Below are positions 43,314 to 57,951 of a stretch of DNA of 64,000 bases, in pieces (the stretch's first letter is position 1; each line of letters opens with the position of its first letter). Under the pieces are notes generated by a model that saw only the letters and a list, made by a program, of their open reading frames with translations, was not told where the DNA came from and did not search any database. The translations under genes and the position numbers were made by a program. The DNA comes from Escherichia coli (GTDB lineage Bacteria; Pseudomonadota; Gammaproteobacteria; Enterobacterales; Enterobacteriaceae). The DNA lies in NCBI RefSeq assembly GCF_051903065.1, contig NZ_CP178438.1, one strand, 5' to 3'.

Positions 43314-43952
43314 GTGAAGCGACCTGCACTCATTCTTATCTGCCTGCTATTACAGGCCTGTTCAGCCACGACTAAAGAGCTGGGCAATTCACTGTGGGAC
43401 AGTCTGTTCGGTACGCCAGGTGTACAGCTGACGGACGATGATATTCAAAATATGCCCTACGCCAGCCAGTACATGCAGCTTAATGGCGGGCCGCAGTTGT
43501 TTGTGGTGCTGGCCTTCGCTGAAGACGGACAACAAAAATGGGTCACTCAGGATCAGGCCACTCTCGTCACACAACATGGTCGTCTGGTGAAGACTCTGCT
43601 TGGCGGCGACAACTTGATTGAGGTGAATAACCTTGCCGCCGACCCGCTGATTAAACCCGCACAAATCATTGATGGTGCAACCTGGACGCGCACGATGGGC
43701 TGGACCGAGTACCAGCAGGTACGCTACGCCACCGCACGCTCAGTCTTCAAATGGGATGGCACCGATACCGTCAAGGTCGGCAGCGATGAAACCCCGGTTC
43801 GCGTGCTGGACGAAGAAGTCTCCACCGACCAGGCGCGCTGGCATAACCGCTACTGGATCGACAGCGAAGGGCAAATTCGCCAGTCGGAACAGTATCTCGG
43901 CGCGGATTATTTCCCGGTGAAAACCACCCTCATCAAGGCGGCAAAACAATGA
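43314..43952 (+). CDS. yjbF: Lipoprotein YjbF (GfcB-like)
   Basis: Probable GTG start at 43314 preceded by GGAGAAG; lipobox LLQAC-S. Confidence 0.8.
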   Translation: MKRPALILICLLLQACSATTKELGNSLWDSLFGTPGVQLTDDDIQNMPYASQYMQLNGGPQLFVVLAFAEDGQQKWVTQDQATLVTQHGRLVKTLLGGDNLIEVNNLAADPLIKPAQIIDGATWTRTMGWTEYQQVRYATARSVFKWDGTDTVKVGSDETPVRVLDEEVSTDQARWHNRYWIDSEGQIRQSEQYLGADYFPVKTTLIKAAKQ

Positions 43953-44686
43953 TCAAACAAACTTTTGTCGCGTTGCTTTTGAGTGTGGGAGCGTCATCGG
44001 TCTTCGCGGCAGGAACCGTCAAGGTGTTCAGCAATGGCAGCAGTGAGGCCAAAACACTAACAGGCGCAGAGCATTTAATCGATCTGGTAGGCCAACCGCG
44101 GCTGGCAAACAGCTGGTGGCCCGGTGCGGTGATCAGCGAAGAGCTGGCAACGGCGGCAGCATTGCGTCAGCAGCAGGCGTTGCTGACACGGCTGGCAGAA
44201 CAGGGCGCAGATTCCAGCGCCGACGATGCCGCTGCGATTAACGCCTTACGCCAGCAAATTCAGGCGTTGAAGGTGACGGGCAGGCAAAAAATCAATCTTG
44301 ATCCCGATATCGTCCGCGTTGCTGAACGCGCTAACCCGCCGTTGCAGGGCAACTACACGCTGTGGGTCGGACCACCACCGTCCACGGTCACGTTGTTCGG
44401 GCTTATCAGCCGTCCTGGCAATCAGCCATTCACTCCCGGTCGCGACGTGGCGAGCTATCTCTCCGGGCAAAGTCTGCTTAGCGGTGCGGATCGTAGCTAC
44501 GCGTGGGTGGTTTACCCGGACGGACGCACACAAAAAGCGCCGGTGGCTTACTGGAACAAGCGTCACGTAGAGCCGATGCCCGGCAGCATTATTTATGTTG
44601 GCCTCGCGGACTCCGTCTGGAGTGAGATGCCTGATGCCCTTAACGCCGACATTCTTCAGACTCTGACGCAGCGGATACCTCAATAA
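43949..44686 (+). CDS. yjbG: Periplasmic protein YjbG (GfcC-like)
   Basis: 245 aa with signal peptide; its start overlaps the yjbF stop. Confidence 0.82.
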   Translation: MIKQTFVALLLSVGASSVFAAGTVKVFSNGSSEAKTLTGAEHLIDLVGQPRLANSWWPGAVISEELATAAALRQQQALLTRLAEQGADSSADDAAAINALRQQIQALKVTGRQKINLDPDIVRVAERANPPLQGNYTLWVGPPPSTVTLFGLISRPGNQPFTPGRDVASYLSGQSLLSGADRSYAWVVYPDGRTQKAPVAYWNKRHVEPMPGSIIYVGLADSVWSEMPDALNADILQTLTQRIPQ

Positions 44687-46782
44687 TGAAAAAAAGACAT
44701 CTGCTTAGCTTACTGGCGCTGGGCATTAGCACAGCTTGCTACGGCGAAACATATCCTGCGCCCATTGGTCCGTCGCAGTCGGATTTCGGTGGCGTAGGAT
44801 TATTACAAACGCCCACCGCGCGTATGGCACGGGAAGGGGAGTTGAGTCTGAACTATCGTGATAACGATCAGTACCGTTATTACTCAGCTTCAGTGCAACT
44901 CTTCCCGTGGCTGGAAACAACGCTGCGCTACACCGACGTGCGCACCCGGCAGTACAGCAGCGTCGAAGCGTTCTCTGGCGATCAAACGTATAAAGATAAA
45001 GCCTTCGATCTCAAACTGCGTTTGTGGGAAGAGAGTTATTGGCTGCCGCAAGTGGCGGTTGGTGCGCGGGATATCGGCGGTACGGGGCTGTTTGATGCGG
45101 AATATCTTGTTGCCAGCAAAGCCTGGGGGCCGTTCGATTTTACGCTCGGCCTGGGCTGGGGATATCTGGGCACCAGCGGTAATGTGAAAAATCCGCTCTG
45201 TTCAGCCAGTGATAAATATTGCTATCGCGATAACAGCTACAAACAGGCGGGATCTATCGACGGTAGCCAGATGTTCCACGGTCCTGCCTCACTGTTTGGC
45301 GGCGTGGAATACCAGACGCCCTGGCAACCGCTGCGCCTGAAACTGGAGTATGAAGGCAATAATTATCAGCAGGATTTTGCCGGGAAGCTGGAGCAAAAAA
45401 GTAAGTTTAACGTCGGGGCGATTTATCGCGTTACCGATTGGGCCGACGTTAACCTTAGCTATGAACGTGGCAACACCTTTATGTTTGGCATCACGCTGCG
45501 CACCAACTTTAACGATCTGCGCCCGTCTTACAACGATAACGCCCGCCCGCAATATCAACCGCAGCCGCAGGATGCCATTTTGCAGCATTCGGTGGTGGCG
45601 AATCAGTTAACGCTGTTGAAATACAATGCCGGACTTGCCGATCCGCAGATCCAGGCGAAAGGCGATACGCTGTATGTTACCGGCGAGCAGGTGAAATATC
45701 GTGATTCGCGCGAAGGGATCATCCGTGCTAATCGGATCGTGATGAATGATCTGCCGGATGGGATCAAGACGATCCGCGTTACGGAAAATCGCCTTAACAT
45801 GCCGCAGGTGACGACGGAAACGGATGTCGCCAGCCTGAAAAATCATCTCGCCGGAGAGCCGTTGGGCCACGAAACGAAGCTGGCGCAAAAACGCGTCGAG
45901 CCAGTGGTTCCGAAGTCCACCGAGCAGGGCTGGTATATCGACAAATCACGCTTTGATTTCCATATCGATCCGGTGCTGAACCAGTCGGTCGGTGGCCCGG
46001 AAAACTTTTACATGTATCAGCTCGGCGTGATGGGAACGGCAGATTTGTGGCTGACGGACCATCTGCTGACCACCGGCAGCCTGTTCGCTAACCTTGCCAA
46101 CAACTACGACAAGTTTAACTACACCAATCCGCCGCAGGACTCGCACTTACCGCGCGTGCGTACCCATGTGCGCGAGTATGTGCAGAACGATGTCTATGTG
46201 AATAACCTGCAAGCCAACTACTTCCAGCATCTGGGCAACGGCTTCTACGGTCAGGTCTACGGCGGCTATCTCGAAACCATGTTTGGCGGTGCGGGGGCAG
46301 AAGTGTTGTATCGCCCGCTGGACAGCAACTGGGCGTTTGGTGTGGATGCCAACTACGTTAAACAGCGCGACTGGCGTAGTGCAAAAGATATGATGAAATT
46401 CACCGACTACAGCGTGAAAACCGGACATCTGACCGCCTACTGGACGCCATCTTTCGCTCAGGATGTGTTAGTTAAAGCCAGCGTCGGGCAGTATCTGGCA
46501 GGGGATAAAGGCGGCACGCTGGAGATCGCCAAACGCTTTGATAGCGGTGTGGTGGTGGGTGGCTATGCCACGATCACTAATGTTTCGAAAGAGGAGTACG
46601 GCGAAGGGGACTTCACCAAAGGCGTGTATGTCTCTGTACCGTTGGATCTCTTCTCGTCTGGCCCGACACGCAGCCGTGCGGCAATTGGCTGGACGCCGCT
46701 GACGCGTGACGGTGGTCAGCAACTTGGGCGTAAGTTCCAGTTGTATGACATGACCAGCGACCGTAGCGTCAATTTCCGCTAA
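44686..46782 (+). CDS. yjbH: Outer-membrane beta-barrel protein YjbH (GfcD-like)
   Basis: 698 aa with signal peptide; start overlaps the yjbG stop; C-terminal aromatic residue (…RSVNFR). Confidence 0.85.
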   Translation: MKKRHLLSLLALGISTACYGETYPAPIGPSQSDFGGVGLLQTPTARMAREGELSLNYRDNDQYRYYSASVQLFPWLETTLRYTDVRTRQYSSVEAFSGDQTYKDKAFDLKLRLWEESYWLPQVAVGARDIGGTGLFDAEYLVASKAWGPFDFTLGLGWGYLGTSGNVKNPLCSASDKYCYRDNSYKQAGSIDGSQMFHGPASLFGGVEYQTPWQPLRLKLEYEGNNYQQDFAGKLEQKSKFNVGAIYRVTDWADVNLSYERGNTFMFGITLRTNFNDLRPSYNDNARPQYQPQPQDAILQHSVVANQLTLLKYNAGLADPQIQAKGDTLYVTGEQVKYRDSREGIIRANRIVMNDLPDGIKTIRVTENRLNMPQVTTETDVASLKNHLAGEPLGHETKLAQKRVEPVVPKSTEQGWYIDKSRFDFHIDPVLNQSVGGPENFYMYQLGVMGTADLWLTDHLLTTGSLFANLANNYDKFNYTNPPQDSHLPRVRTHVREYVQNDVYVNNLQANYFQHLGNGFYGQVYGGYLETMFGGAGAEVLYRPLDSNWAFGVDANYVKQRDWRSAKDMMKFTDYSVKTGHLTAYWTPSFAQDVLVKASVGQYLAGDKGGTLEIAKRFDSGVVVGGYATITNVSKEEYGEGDFTKGVYVSVPLDLFSSGPTRSRAAIGWTPLTRDGGQQLGRKFQLYDMTSDRSVNFR

Positions 46783-46793
46783 GTCATGGGAAA

Positions 46794-46821
46794 GGTGCCA
46801 GTTTTCGCACTCACTGGCACC
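46794..46821. terminator. Hairpin terminator between convergent yjbH and yjbT
   Basis: ggtgccag-ttttcgcactca-ctggcacc, a GC-rich stem flanked by T-rich sequence. Confidence 0.6.
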
Positions 46822-46828
46822 TTCATTC

Positions 46829-47107
46829 TTAATGGCCTGTCGAGCCATCAGGAACGCAGTTCACCCCCGGTTTGCGATCTGGTGTGTAAAGGCGAAAACA
46901 TTCTGTCTTCCTGTCCGTCGATATCGGTTGCAGGTCTGGTTGCCTGAGCGACTGGGCCATCATTGGGCTGGAGACATTGCTTTGCGGTAGGTCGGCTTTA
47001 TCAGCAGTACCGAGCGGACCAGCATAAGCAGGAAGAACAGAGACTGATAACATCAAAGCAGCAAAATAAGGCTTCATTTTTACCACCTTTATCAGGTTAC
47101 GTTTCAT
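46829..47107 (-). CDS. yjbT: Small putative periplasmic protein YjbT
   Basis: 92-aa ORF; the internal Met (MKPYFAALMLSVSVLPAYA) gives a clean signal peptide, so the true start may be at 47077. Confidence 0.6.
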   Translation of the reverse strand: MKRNLIKVVKMKPYFAALMLSVSVLPAYAGPLGTADKADLPQSNVSSPMMAQSLRQPDLQPISTDRKTECFRLYTPDRKPGVNCVPDGSTGH

Positions 47108-47376
47108 TTGTTCCAGAGGAACATTGTCGATTTTTCGCGCATTGCTGGTGGCTGGGAATCACCTGAATGGGTGATTTTTGAATTACCGGCTTTGGTGCGG
47201 TTTGTCTTGCCGGATGCGCCGCCAGGCGCGGCTTATCCGGCCTACGGGTAGGTATATCCGGCTTTGGTGGAGGCGCGCTCCAAATCCAGGCTGAACAAAA
47301 CATACACAAAAAATATAGATCTCCGTCACATTTTTGCGTTATACAGGAAGCTCGCCACTGTGAAGGAGGTACTGCT

Positions 47377-47787
47377 ATGACGTCACTCTCTCGTCCGCGC
47401 GTGGAGTTTATCTCCACCATTTTGCAGACCGTACTCAATCTTGGCCTGCTGTGCCTCGGCCTTATTTTGGTTGTCTTCCTCGGCAAAGAAACGGTGCATC
47501 TGGCTGATGTGCTGTTCGCGCCAGAACAAACCAGCAAATATGAGCTGGTAGAAGGACTGGTGGTTTACTTTCTCTATTTCGAATTTATCGCGCTGATTGT
47601 GAAGTACTTTCAGTCCGGTTTTCACTTCCCGCTACGTTACTTTGTCTATATTGGGATCACCGCCATTGTGCGCTTGATCATCGTCGATCATAAATCGCCA
47701 CTGGATGTGTTGATCTACTCGGCTGCGATCCTGTTACAGGTGATCACCCTGTGGCTGTGTAATTCGAAACGGCTGAAGCGGGAGTAA
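47377..47787 (+). CDS. psiE: Phosphate-starvation-inducible inner-membrane protein PsiE
   Basis: 136-aa polytopic membrane protein in the K-12 position. Confidence 0.88.
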   Translation: MTSLSRPRVEFISTILQTVLNLGLLCLGLILVVFLGKETVHLADVLFAPEQTSKYELVEGLVVYFLYFEFIALIVKYFQSGFHFPLRYFVYIGITAIVRLIIVDHKSPLDVLIYSAAILLQVITLWLCNSKRLKRE

Positions 47788-47830
47788 AAAGACAGCACGC
47801 CGAACTGGCGCGGCGTGCTGGACAGGAAGA

Positions 47831-49306
47831 TTACAGCGTAGCAGTTTGTTGTGTTTTCTTCGTTTCCGGTTCCCAGAGGGCTTCCAGCTCCTCAAGGGTT
47901 TTACCTTTGGTTTCCGGGACAAATTTCCACATAAATAGTGCTGCCAGAACGCCCATACACCCGTAAATCCAGTAGGAGAAACCGTTGTGGAAATGGGCCA
48001 CCAGCCAGGAGTTTTTGTCCATCATCGGGAAGGTCCAGGAGACGAAGTAGTTCGCCAGCCACTGGGCCGCCACCGCGATTGCCAGCGCTTTACCACGAAT
48101 AGCATTCGGGAAGATTTCCGACAGCAGTACCCAGCATACCGGACCCCAGGACATGGCAAAGGCGGCAACATAGAACAGCATCGACAGAAGCGCCACAATA
48201 CCCGGTGCCTGAGTGTAAAACGCGGTACCGAGGCTAAACATACCGATTGCCATTCCGAGTGCGCCGATAATTTGCAGTGGCTTACGACCAAATTTATCCA
48301 CCGTCATAATTGCCAGAACGGTGAAGGTGAGGTTGATAACTCCGACAATAATGGTCTGCAACAGCGCGATATCCGTGCTGGCCCCCAGCGTTTTGAACAC
48401 TTCCGGCGCGTAGTACAGCACCACATTGATGCCGACAAATTGCTGGAAGATGGAGAGCATAACGCCGATTACAATCACGCCTACGCCAAACATCAGCAGA
48501 CGACCACCGGTTTTGCGGCCATGATCCAGAGAGTGTTTAATTTCCTGTACTGCCTGAGTTGCAAGCGTGTTGCCCATAATTTTGCGCAGGATACCTTCCG
48601 CCTGTTCTTGCTTGCCGCGTGACATCAGCCAGCGAGGACTTTCTGGCACGGTATACAGCAGCATTAAGAACAGCAGTGCAGGGATACATTCCGAGGCAAA
48701 CATATAACGCCAGCCGTCAGTATTCAGCCAGCTGGCATCACCGGAACGCGCAATAAAATAGTTTACGCAGTAAACTAAAAGTTGCCCGAAAATAATCGCA
48801 AACTGGTTAAAAGAGACCAGTTTCCCGCGAATATGAGCAGGAGCAAGTTCCGCAATATACATTGGTGAAAGCATTGAGGCTAAACCAACGCCAATACCGC
48901 CAATAATACGATAAATAACAAATTCCGGGACATAACCTGCCAGATAAACAGGCACTGTGTTGTCCGGGTTTATAGAGGTAAAACCAAGTTCTGGCCAGGC
49001 AGAACCTACACCAGAAATAAAAAACAGGACAGCAGCAATCTTAAGTGAATCACGACGACCGAAGCGGTTACTGCAATAACCACCGAGGGCACCGCCGATG
49101 ATGCAACCAATCAGAGCGCTGGCCACGCAAAACCCTAACAGGGAGTTGGCAGCGGATTCACTTAAGTTTTGTGGAGCAACAAAGACGGTATTGAGTGACT
49201 CAACAGTACCGGAAATAACGGCGGTGTCGTAGCCAAATAATAAACCACCTAATGTAGCGACTAAGGTAATCGAAAATATATAACTGGAATTATACTGGGT
49301 ATTCAT
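47831..49306 (-). CDS. xylE: D-xylose:H+ symporter (MFS)
   Basis: 491 aa from MNTQYNSSYIFSITLVATLGGLLFGYDTAVISG; sugar-porter signatures present. Confidence 0.95.
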   Translation of the reverse strand: MNTQYNSSYIFSITLVATLGGLLFGYDTAVISGTVESLNTVFVAPQNLSESAANSLLGFCVASALIGCIIGGALGGYCSNRFGRRDSLKIAAVLFFISGVGSAWPELGFTSINPDNTVPVYLAGYVPEFVIYRIIGGIGVGLASMLSPMYIAELAPAHIRGKLVSFNQFAIIFGQLLVYCVNYFIARSGDASWLNTDGWRYMFASECIPALLFLMLLYTVPESPRWLMSRGKQEQAEGILRKIMGNTLATQAVQEIKHSLDHGRKTGGRLLMFGVGVIVIGVMLSIFQQFVGINVVLYYAPEVFKTLGASTDIALLQTIIVGVINLTFTVLAIMTVDKFGRKPLQIIGALGMAIGMFSLGTAFYTQAPGIVALLSMLFYVAAFAMSWGPVCWVLLSEIFPNAIRGKALAIAVAAQWLANYFVSWTFPMMDKNSWLVAHFHNGFSYWIYGCMGVLAALFMWKFVPETKGKTLEELEALWEPETKKTQQTATL

Positions 49307-49677
49307 TCAGACCTGCCTTAGACCATTCTGATCTTTTATCAGTGCATTGATGTTGGAATTGTCAGGCAGTTAAGGCAATTATCATTTTTTACAATGCGTT
49401 TACGTAATGTCTTTTCTGTGATCTTAATTGTGATAATTATCCAAAATTGATAAAAACAATACTATTGCCGTGACTCAGAGCACGAAAGAGAATTATCGTA
49501 AGTGGGAAAACAAATAACGTAAAAATAATAAGTTCTATGATGGAAATATTAACCGGCGAACGATTCAGATTGCAGACGAAAGAAAAAAAGGCGCTCCGTG
49601 GAGCGCCGAATAACAGTCACAAGTTGGGATAACGTAAGTTGAGGGTGCAGCGGCATAACATTGGCAGAACAACATCT

Positions 49678-50568
49678 TTAACCTTTCACACCACCTGCCG
49701 TCAGGCCGTTGACCAGCCAGCGTTGAGCCAGCAAGAAGACGATGGTGATCGGTAATGCAGACATCACGGCAGCGGCGGCAAAGTCACCCCACAGGTAGTT
49801 TTGCGGGTTGAGGTATTGCTGCATCCCCACGGCCAGGGTGTAGCTGTTTACGTCACGCAGTAACAGCGATGCGACCGGAACTTCAGTAATGGCAGCGATA
49901 AACGACAGGATGAACACCACCGCCAGAATCGGTACTGACAGCGGCAACAGGACAAGGCGGAAGGCCTGCCACGGTGTCGCACCATCCAGCGCAGCCGCTT
50001 CTTCCAGCGAACTGTCGATGGTTTCGAAATAGCCTTTGATGGTCCAGACGTGCAGCGCAATCCCACCCAGATACGCGAAAATTACGCCGCCGTGAGTATT
50101 CAGGCCAATGAATGGAATGTACTCACCCAGACGATCAAACAACGCATACAACGCGACCAGTGAAAGTACTGCCGGGAACATCTGGAAAATCAGCATTCCT
50201 TTCAGCAGCGTCGCTTTGCCTGGAAAGCGCATACGGGCGAAAGCGTAGGCGCAGGTGGTGGAGAGCGCCACAATGCCAATCGCGGAAATCCCGGCGACCT
50301 TTACCGAGTTCCACAGCCACAGCAGTACCGGGAATGGCGGTGGCGTAATGCGACCATCAGCCTGTTCAACGCTAAAACCTAACGCCAGTTTCCAGTGATC
50401 CCAGGAGATTTGCTCCGGGATCAGGCTACCGGTCGCGAAGTTTCCCTGACGCAGCGAGATAGCGACGACCATCAGCAGCGGGAACATAATCGCCGCGATA
50501 AAAAGTAGCAGTAGCAGGTGAGTAATAAACAAACGTGCTTTTTGCGATTTCGGTTGGACCATTGCCAT
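49678..50568 (-). CDS. malG: Maltose ABC transporter permease MalG
   Basis: 296 aa from [21 protein letters not shown]. Confidence 0.95.
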
Positions 50569-50582
50569 TTTTGTTATCTCCC

Positions 50583-52127
50583 TTAATCAAACTTCATTCG
50601 CGTGGCTTTCAGGTTCACTATCGCCAGCGCACCCACCAGCAGGAAGATCAGCGTGGCAATTGCTGCTGCCAGACCGAAGTCCTGACCCCCGCCGCCTTCA
50701 AAAGCGATGCGGTAGGTGTAGTTAACAAGCAGGTCGGTATAACCGGCTGGCGTGGTCGTGCCAAGACGATCCGGGCCGCCGTTGGTTAACAGTTGAATCA
50801 GCACGAAGTTGTTAAAGTTAAAGGCGAAGCTGGCGATCATCAGCGGCGTCAGCGGTTTAATCAGCAGCGGCAGCGTAATCTTAAAGAAGTTCTGGAACGG
50901 ACCTGCACCATCCATTGCTGAGGCTTCATACAAATCGTCCGGAATCGCTTTCAGCAAGCCCATGCAGAGGATCATCATGTACGGATAGCCCAGCCAGGTA
51001 TTGACGATAATCAACATCGTTCGGGCGGTGGTCGGATCGCTGAACCAGGCGGGCTTCACGCCAAACAGCGCGCTCAACATCATGTTGATCTCACCGAAGC
51101 TCTGGTTAAACAACCCTTTGAAAATCAAGATTGAAATGAACGATGGCACCGCGTAGGGCAGAATCAGCAGGACGCGATAGACCGCTTTGCCGCGCAACGC
51201 TTCCCACTGCACCAGACATGCCAGAACCATGCCGACCGCCACCGTTAAAAAGACGGTGATCAGTGAAAACACCACGGTCCAGACGAAAATGGCGAGGAAC
51301 GGTTTCTGAATGCCTTCGTCGGTAAAGACGCGGGTAAAGTTTTTCCAGCCAGTAGTCACGGTGTAACCGGGGCTTAGCTTTTCATCGCCCCAGTTGCCGT
51401 CGGCGGTAATGGACTGGTAAAAGCCAATTTGGTTATTCGGACGATATTTCACGCCGCTCTGATTATTCGTCAACGTGCCGTCACCGTCGAGTGTGTAGAG
51501 CGGCTGCGTGCCAGAAAACTGGCGTAGGGAGCTCATCATCACTTTGTTGCCATCCGGCAGAATGGCGGTAATGTCACTCAGCGCCTGACGATTCTGGGTA
51601 ATAACGCGTAGATTCGCGCGTTCGCCTTCGGGCTGGGCGGTCGTTTCTTTCAGTTGCAGTTTTTGCTCGCCGCCAAATTTAAAAGCGTCGGAAAGGTAAT
51701 TTTTGCCGGTTTCGCCGTCGCTGAGGGCTAGTTGCCACTCATCGCCCGCCGGGTAAAGACCAAAATTATAGGTTTTGCCTGCTTGCCAGGAGCGATCTAA
51801 CAACACTTCCTGCGCACGTTCAAAAGTCAGCTGGTTAGTGCTGCTGTAGTTGGTGAAGGCAATGGCGATGGTGCAGACCAGAGGGAAGAGGACGAATAAT
51901 CCCATTCCAGCCATTCCCGGGTAAACATAGCGCCAGGCGTAGGCTTTACGATTGGCGAAAATATACAGCCCCGCTGAACTCAATATCAGCGTGGTAATGG
52001 CGAACAGGTATTCCCCTTGTGCGTACATTAAAACAACAAGGTAACCCACCAGCAGGCCGAGCAGACCTAACACTGACCATTTCAGCGCGTCGCTTTGCCA
52101 CCAATGTTTCTTTTTAATGACATCCAT
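50583..52127 (-). CDS. malF: Maltose ABC transporter permease MalF
   Basis: About 514 aa from [17 protein letters not shown]; start placed at that Met rather than the upstream ORF Met. Confidence 0.93.
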
Positions 52128-52149
52128 GGGGTTCTTCCTCATTCCAGGA

Positions 52150-52275
52150 CGGATAAGGCTTTCACGCCTTATCCGACAACAACTGCCTGATGCGACGCTG
52201 ACGCGTCTTATCAGACCTACATACGTTTCGGTTTTGTAGGCCGGACAAGGCGTTCACGCCGCATCCGGCATTTCA
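52150..52275. repeat. REP/BIME cluster in the malE-malF intergenic region
   Basis: ggataaggctttcacgccttatccgac ... gcctgatgcgacgctgacgcgtcttatcagacctac ... gtaggccggacaaggcgttcacgccgcatccggc. Confidence 0.9.
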
Positions 52276-52280
52276 CAGCA

Positions 52281-53474
<1,194 letters not shown>

Positions 53475-53689
53475 CTATGGTCCTTGTTGGTGAAGTGCTC
53501 GTGAAAACACCTAAACGGACTCTAGTTTCTTTATACGGCAACCTCTTTCCATCCTCCTTGCCCCTACGCCCCACCGTTGCTTTGTGTGATCTCTGTTACA
53601 GAATTGGCAGTAATGTGGAGATGCGCACATAAAATCGCCACGATTTTTGCAAGCAACATCACGAAATTCCTTACATGACCTCGGTTTAG

Positions 53690-53800
53690 TTCACAGAAGC
53701 CGCGTTCTCATCCTCCCGCCTCCTCCCCCATAAAAAAGCCAGGGGGTGGAGGATTTAAGCCATCTCCTGATGACGCATAGTCAGCCCATCATGAATGTTG
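53690..53800. promoter_or_regulatory. Divergent malEp / malKp control region (MalT boxes, CRP sites)
   Basis: Multiple GGAGGA / GGATGA-type MalT-box hexamers in both orientations (catcctcccgcctcctccc ... gtggaggatt) between malE and malK; exact site boundaries not resolved. Confidence 0.55.
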
Positions 53801-53835
53801 CTGTCGATGACAGGTTGTTACAAAGGGAGAAGGGC

Positions 53836-54951
53836 ATGGCGAGCGTACAGCTGCAAAATGTAACGAAAGCCTGGGGCGAGGTCGTGGTATCGAAAGATAT
53901 CAATCTCGATATCCATGAAGGTGAATTCGTGGTGTTTGTCGGACCGTCTGGCTGCGGTAAATCGACTTTACTGCGCATGATTGCCGGGCTTGAGACGATC
54001 ACCAGCGGCGACCTGTTCATCGGTGAGAAACGGATGAATGACACTCCGCCAGCAGAACGTGGCGTTGGTATGGTGTTTCAGTCCTACGCGCTCTATCCCC
54101 ACCTGTCAGTAGCAGAAAACATGTCATTTGGCCTGAAACTGGCAGGCGCAAAAAAAGAGGTGATTAACCAACGCGTCAACCAGGTGGCGGAAGTGCTACA
54201 ACTGGCGCATTTGCTGGATCGCAAACCGAAAGCGCTCTCCGGTGGTCAGCGTCAGCGTGTGGCGATTGGCCGTACGCTGGTGGCCGAGCCAAGCGTATTT
54301 TTGCTCGATGAACCGCTCTCCAACCTCGATGCTGCACTGCGTGTGCAAATGCGTATCGAAATCTCCCGTCTGCATAAACGCCTGGGCCGCACAATGATTT
54401 ACGTCACCCACGATCAGGTCGAAGCGATGACGCTGGCCGACAAAATCGTGGTGCTGGACGCCGGTCGCGTGGCGCAGGTTGGGAAACCGCTGGAGCTGTA
54501 CCACTATCCGGCAGACCGTTTTGTCGCCGGATTTATCGGTTCGCCAAAGATGAACTTCCTGCCGGTAAAAGTGACCGCCACCGCAATCGATCAAGTGCAG
54601 GTGGAGCTGCCGATGCCAAATCGTCAGCAAGTCTGGCTGCCAGTTGAAAGCCGTGATGTCCAGGTTGGAGCCAATATGTCGCTGGGTATTCGCCCGGAAC
54701 ATCTACTGCCGAGTGATATCGCTGACGTCATCCTTGAGGGTGAAGTTCAGGTCGTCGAGCAACTCGGCAACGAAACCCAAATCCATATCCAGATCCCTTC
54801 CATTCGTCAAAACCTGGTGTACCGCCAGAACGACGTGGTGTTGGTAGAAGAAGGTGCCACATTCGCTATCGGCCTGCCGCCAGAGCGTTGCCATCTGTTC
54901 CGTGAGGATGGCACTGCATGTCGTCGACTGCATAAGGAGCCGGGCGTTTAA
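53836..54951 (+). CDS. malK: Maltose ABC transporter ATPase MalK
   Basis: 371 aa from [44 protein letters not shown] (Walker A); start placed at MASVQL. Confidence 0.95.
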   Translation: MASVQLQNVTKAWGEVVVSKDINLDIHEGEFVVFVGPSGCGKSTLLRMIAGLETITSGDLFIGEKRMNDTPPAERGVGMVFQSYALYPHLSVAENMSFGLKLAGAKKEVINQRVNQVAEVLQLAHLLDRKPKALSGGQRQRVAIGRTLVAEPSVFLLDEPLSNLDAALRVQMRIEISRLHKRLGRTMIYVTHDQVEAMTLADKIVVLDAGRVAQVGKPLELYHYPADRFVAGFIGSPKMNFLPVKVTATAIDQVQVELPMPNRQQVWLPVESRDVQVGANMSLGIRPEHLLPSDIADVILEGEVQVVEQLGNETQIHIQIPSIRQNLVYRQNDVVLVEEGATFAIGLPPERCHLFREDGTACRRLHKEPGV

Positions 54952-54992
54952 GCACCCCACAAAACACACAAAGCCTGTCACAGGTGATGTGA

Positions 54993-56363
<1,371 letters not shown>

Positions 56364-56377
56364 TAGCAAAACCTGGG

Positions 56378-56500
<123 letters not shown>

Positions 56501-56605
56501 AAAACAGGTTGTCATTATCTGAAAGGGGCGAAAGCCCCTCTGATTATCGGGTTTAGCGCGCTATTGCCTGGCTACCGCTGAGCTCCAGATTTTGAGGTGA
56601 AAACA

Positions 56606-57526
56606 ATGAAAATGAATAAAAGTCTCATCGCCCTCTGTTTATCAGCAGGGTTGCTGGCAAGCGCGCCTGGAATCAGCCTTGCCGATGTTAACTACGTACC
56701 GCAAAACACCAGCGACGCGCCAGCCATTCCATCTGCCGCGCTGCAACAACTCACCTGGACACCGGTCGATCAATCTAAAACCCAGACCACCCAACTGGCG
56801 ACTGGCGGCCAACAACTGAACGTTGCTGGCATCAGTGGTCCGGTTGCTGCGTACAGCGTCCCGGCAAACATTGGCGAACTGACCCTGACGCTGACCAGCG
56901 AAGTGAACAAAAAAACCAGCGTATTTGCGCCGAACGTGCTGATTCTTGATCAGAACATGACCCCATCAGCCTTCTTCCCCAGCAGTTATTTCACCTACCA
57001 GGAACCAGGCGTGATGAGTGCAGATCGTCTGGAAGGCGTTATGCGCCTGACACCGGCGTTAGGGCAGCAAAAACTTTATGTTCTGGTCTTTACCACGGAA
57101 AAAGATCTCCAGCAGACGACCCAACTGCTCGACCCGGCTAAAGCCTATGCCAAAGGCGTCGGTAACTCGATCCCGGATATTCCCGATCCGGTTGCTCGTC
57201 ATACCAGCGATGGCTTACTGAAACTGAAAGTGAAAACGAACTCCAGCTCCAGCGTGTTGGTCGGGCCTTTATTTGGTTCTTCCGCTCCAGCTCCGGTTAC
57301 GGTAGGCAACACGGCGGCACCAGCTGTGGCTGCACCCGTTCCGGCACCGGTGAAGAAAAGCGAGCCGATGCTCAACGACACGGAAAGTTATTTTAATACC
57401 GCGATCAAAAACGCTGTCGCGAAAGGTGATGTTGATAAGGCGTTAAAACTGCTTGATGAAGCTGAACGCCTGGGATCGACATCTGCCCGTTCCACCTTTA
57501 TCAGCAGTGTAAAAGGCAAGGGGTAA
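56606..57526 (+). CDS. malM: Maltose-regulon periplasmic protein MalM
   Basis: About 306 aa from MKMNKSLIALCLSAGLLASAPGISLA. Confidence 0.92.
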   Translation: MKMNKSLIALCLSAGLLASAPGISLADVNYVPQNTSDAPAIPSAALQQLTWTPVDQSKTQTTQLATGGQQLNVAGISGPVAAYSVPANIGELTLTLTSEVNKKTSVFAPNVLILDQNMTPSAFFPSSYFTYQEPGVMSADRLEGVMRLTPALGQQKLYVLVFTTEKDLQQTTQLLDPAKAYAKGVGNSIPDIPDPVARHTSDGLLKLKVKTNSSSSVLVGPLFGSSAPAPVTVGNTAAPAVAAPVPAPVKKSEPMLNDTESYFNTAIKNAVAKGDVDKALKLLDEAERLGSTSARSTFISSVKGKG

Positions 57527-57558
57527 TTACGCCCCACAGTGCTGATTTTGCAACAACT

Positions 57559-57586
57559 GGTGCGTCTCCTGGCGCACCTTTTTTTA
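57559..57586 (+). terminator. Rho-independent terminator of the malK-lamB-malM operon
   Basis: ggtgcgtctcctggcgcacc hairpin followed by ttttttt. Confidence 0.8.
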
Positions 57587-57951
57587 TGCTTCATTCCAGG
57601 GATATGAGCGATTTTTTATAGTACTTCACTTCTTCTTCACTAAGAATATCCATTATCTCAATGCATTATCAGAGATTCTTTTCCTTTCGCCGGTAGTGTC
57701 TGGACGCTCAGGCTACTTTTTCCAGTTATTTCATTTCTGTAATGCAGAGGTTTTATGTTAGGTCATATCTCAAAGTTTGACGGCAATAACTCTTTGATAA
57801 AACATGGTGTGGTGCAAGGAAATAATATAGTAGATTTTGATTTACTACGTAATTTTAATGGGGTGCCAGGGTTAAATCGAGAAAACTTTATTTATATCAG
57901 CAATATTTTTTAAATATAAAACAACGGAACGAAAAAAATCATTCAATAAAT

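Noticed and set aside
47097-47537. 146-aa minus-strand ORF overlapping the psiE promoter and 5' end
   Set aside because: Overlaps the REP element and psiE; no support.
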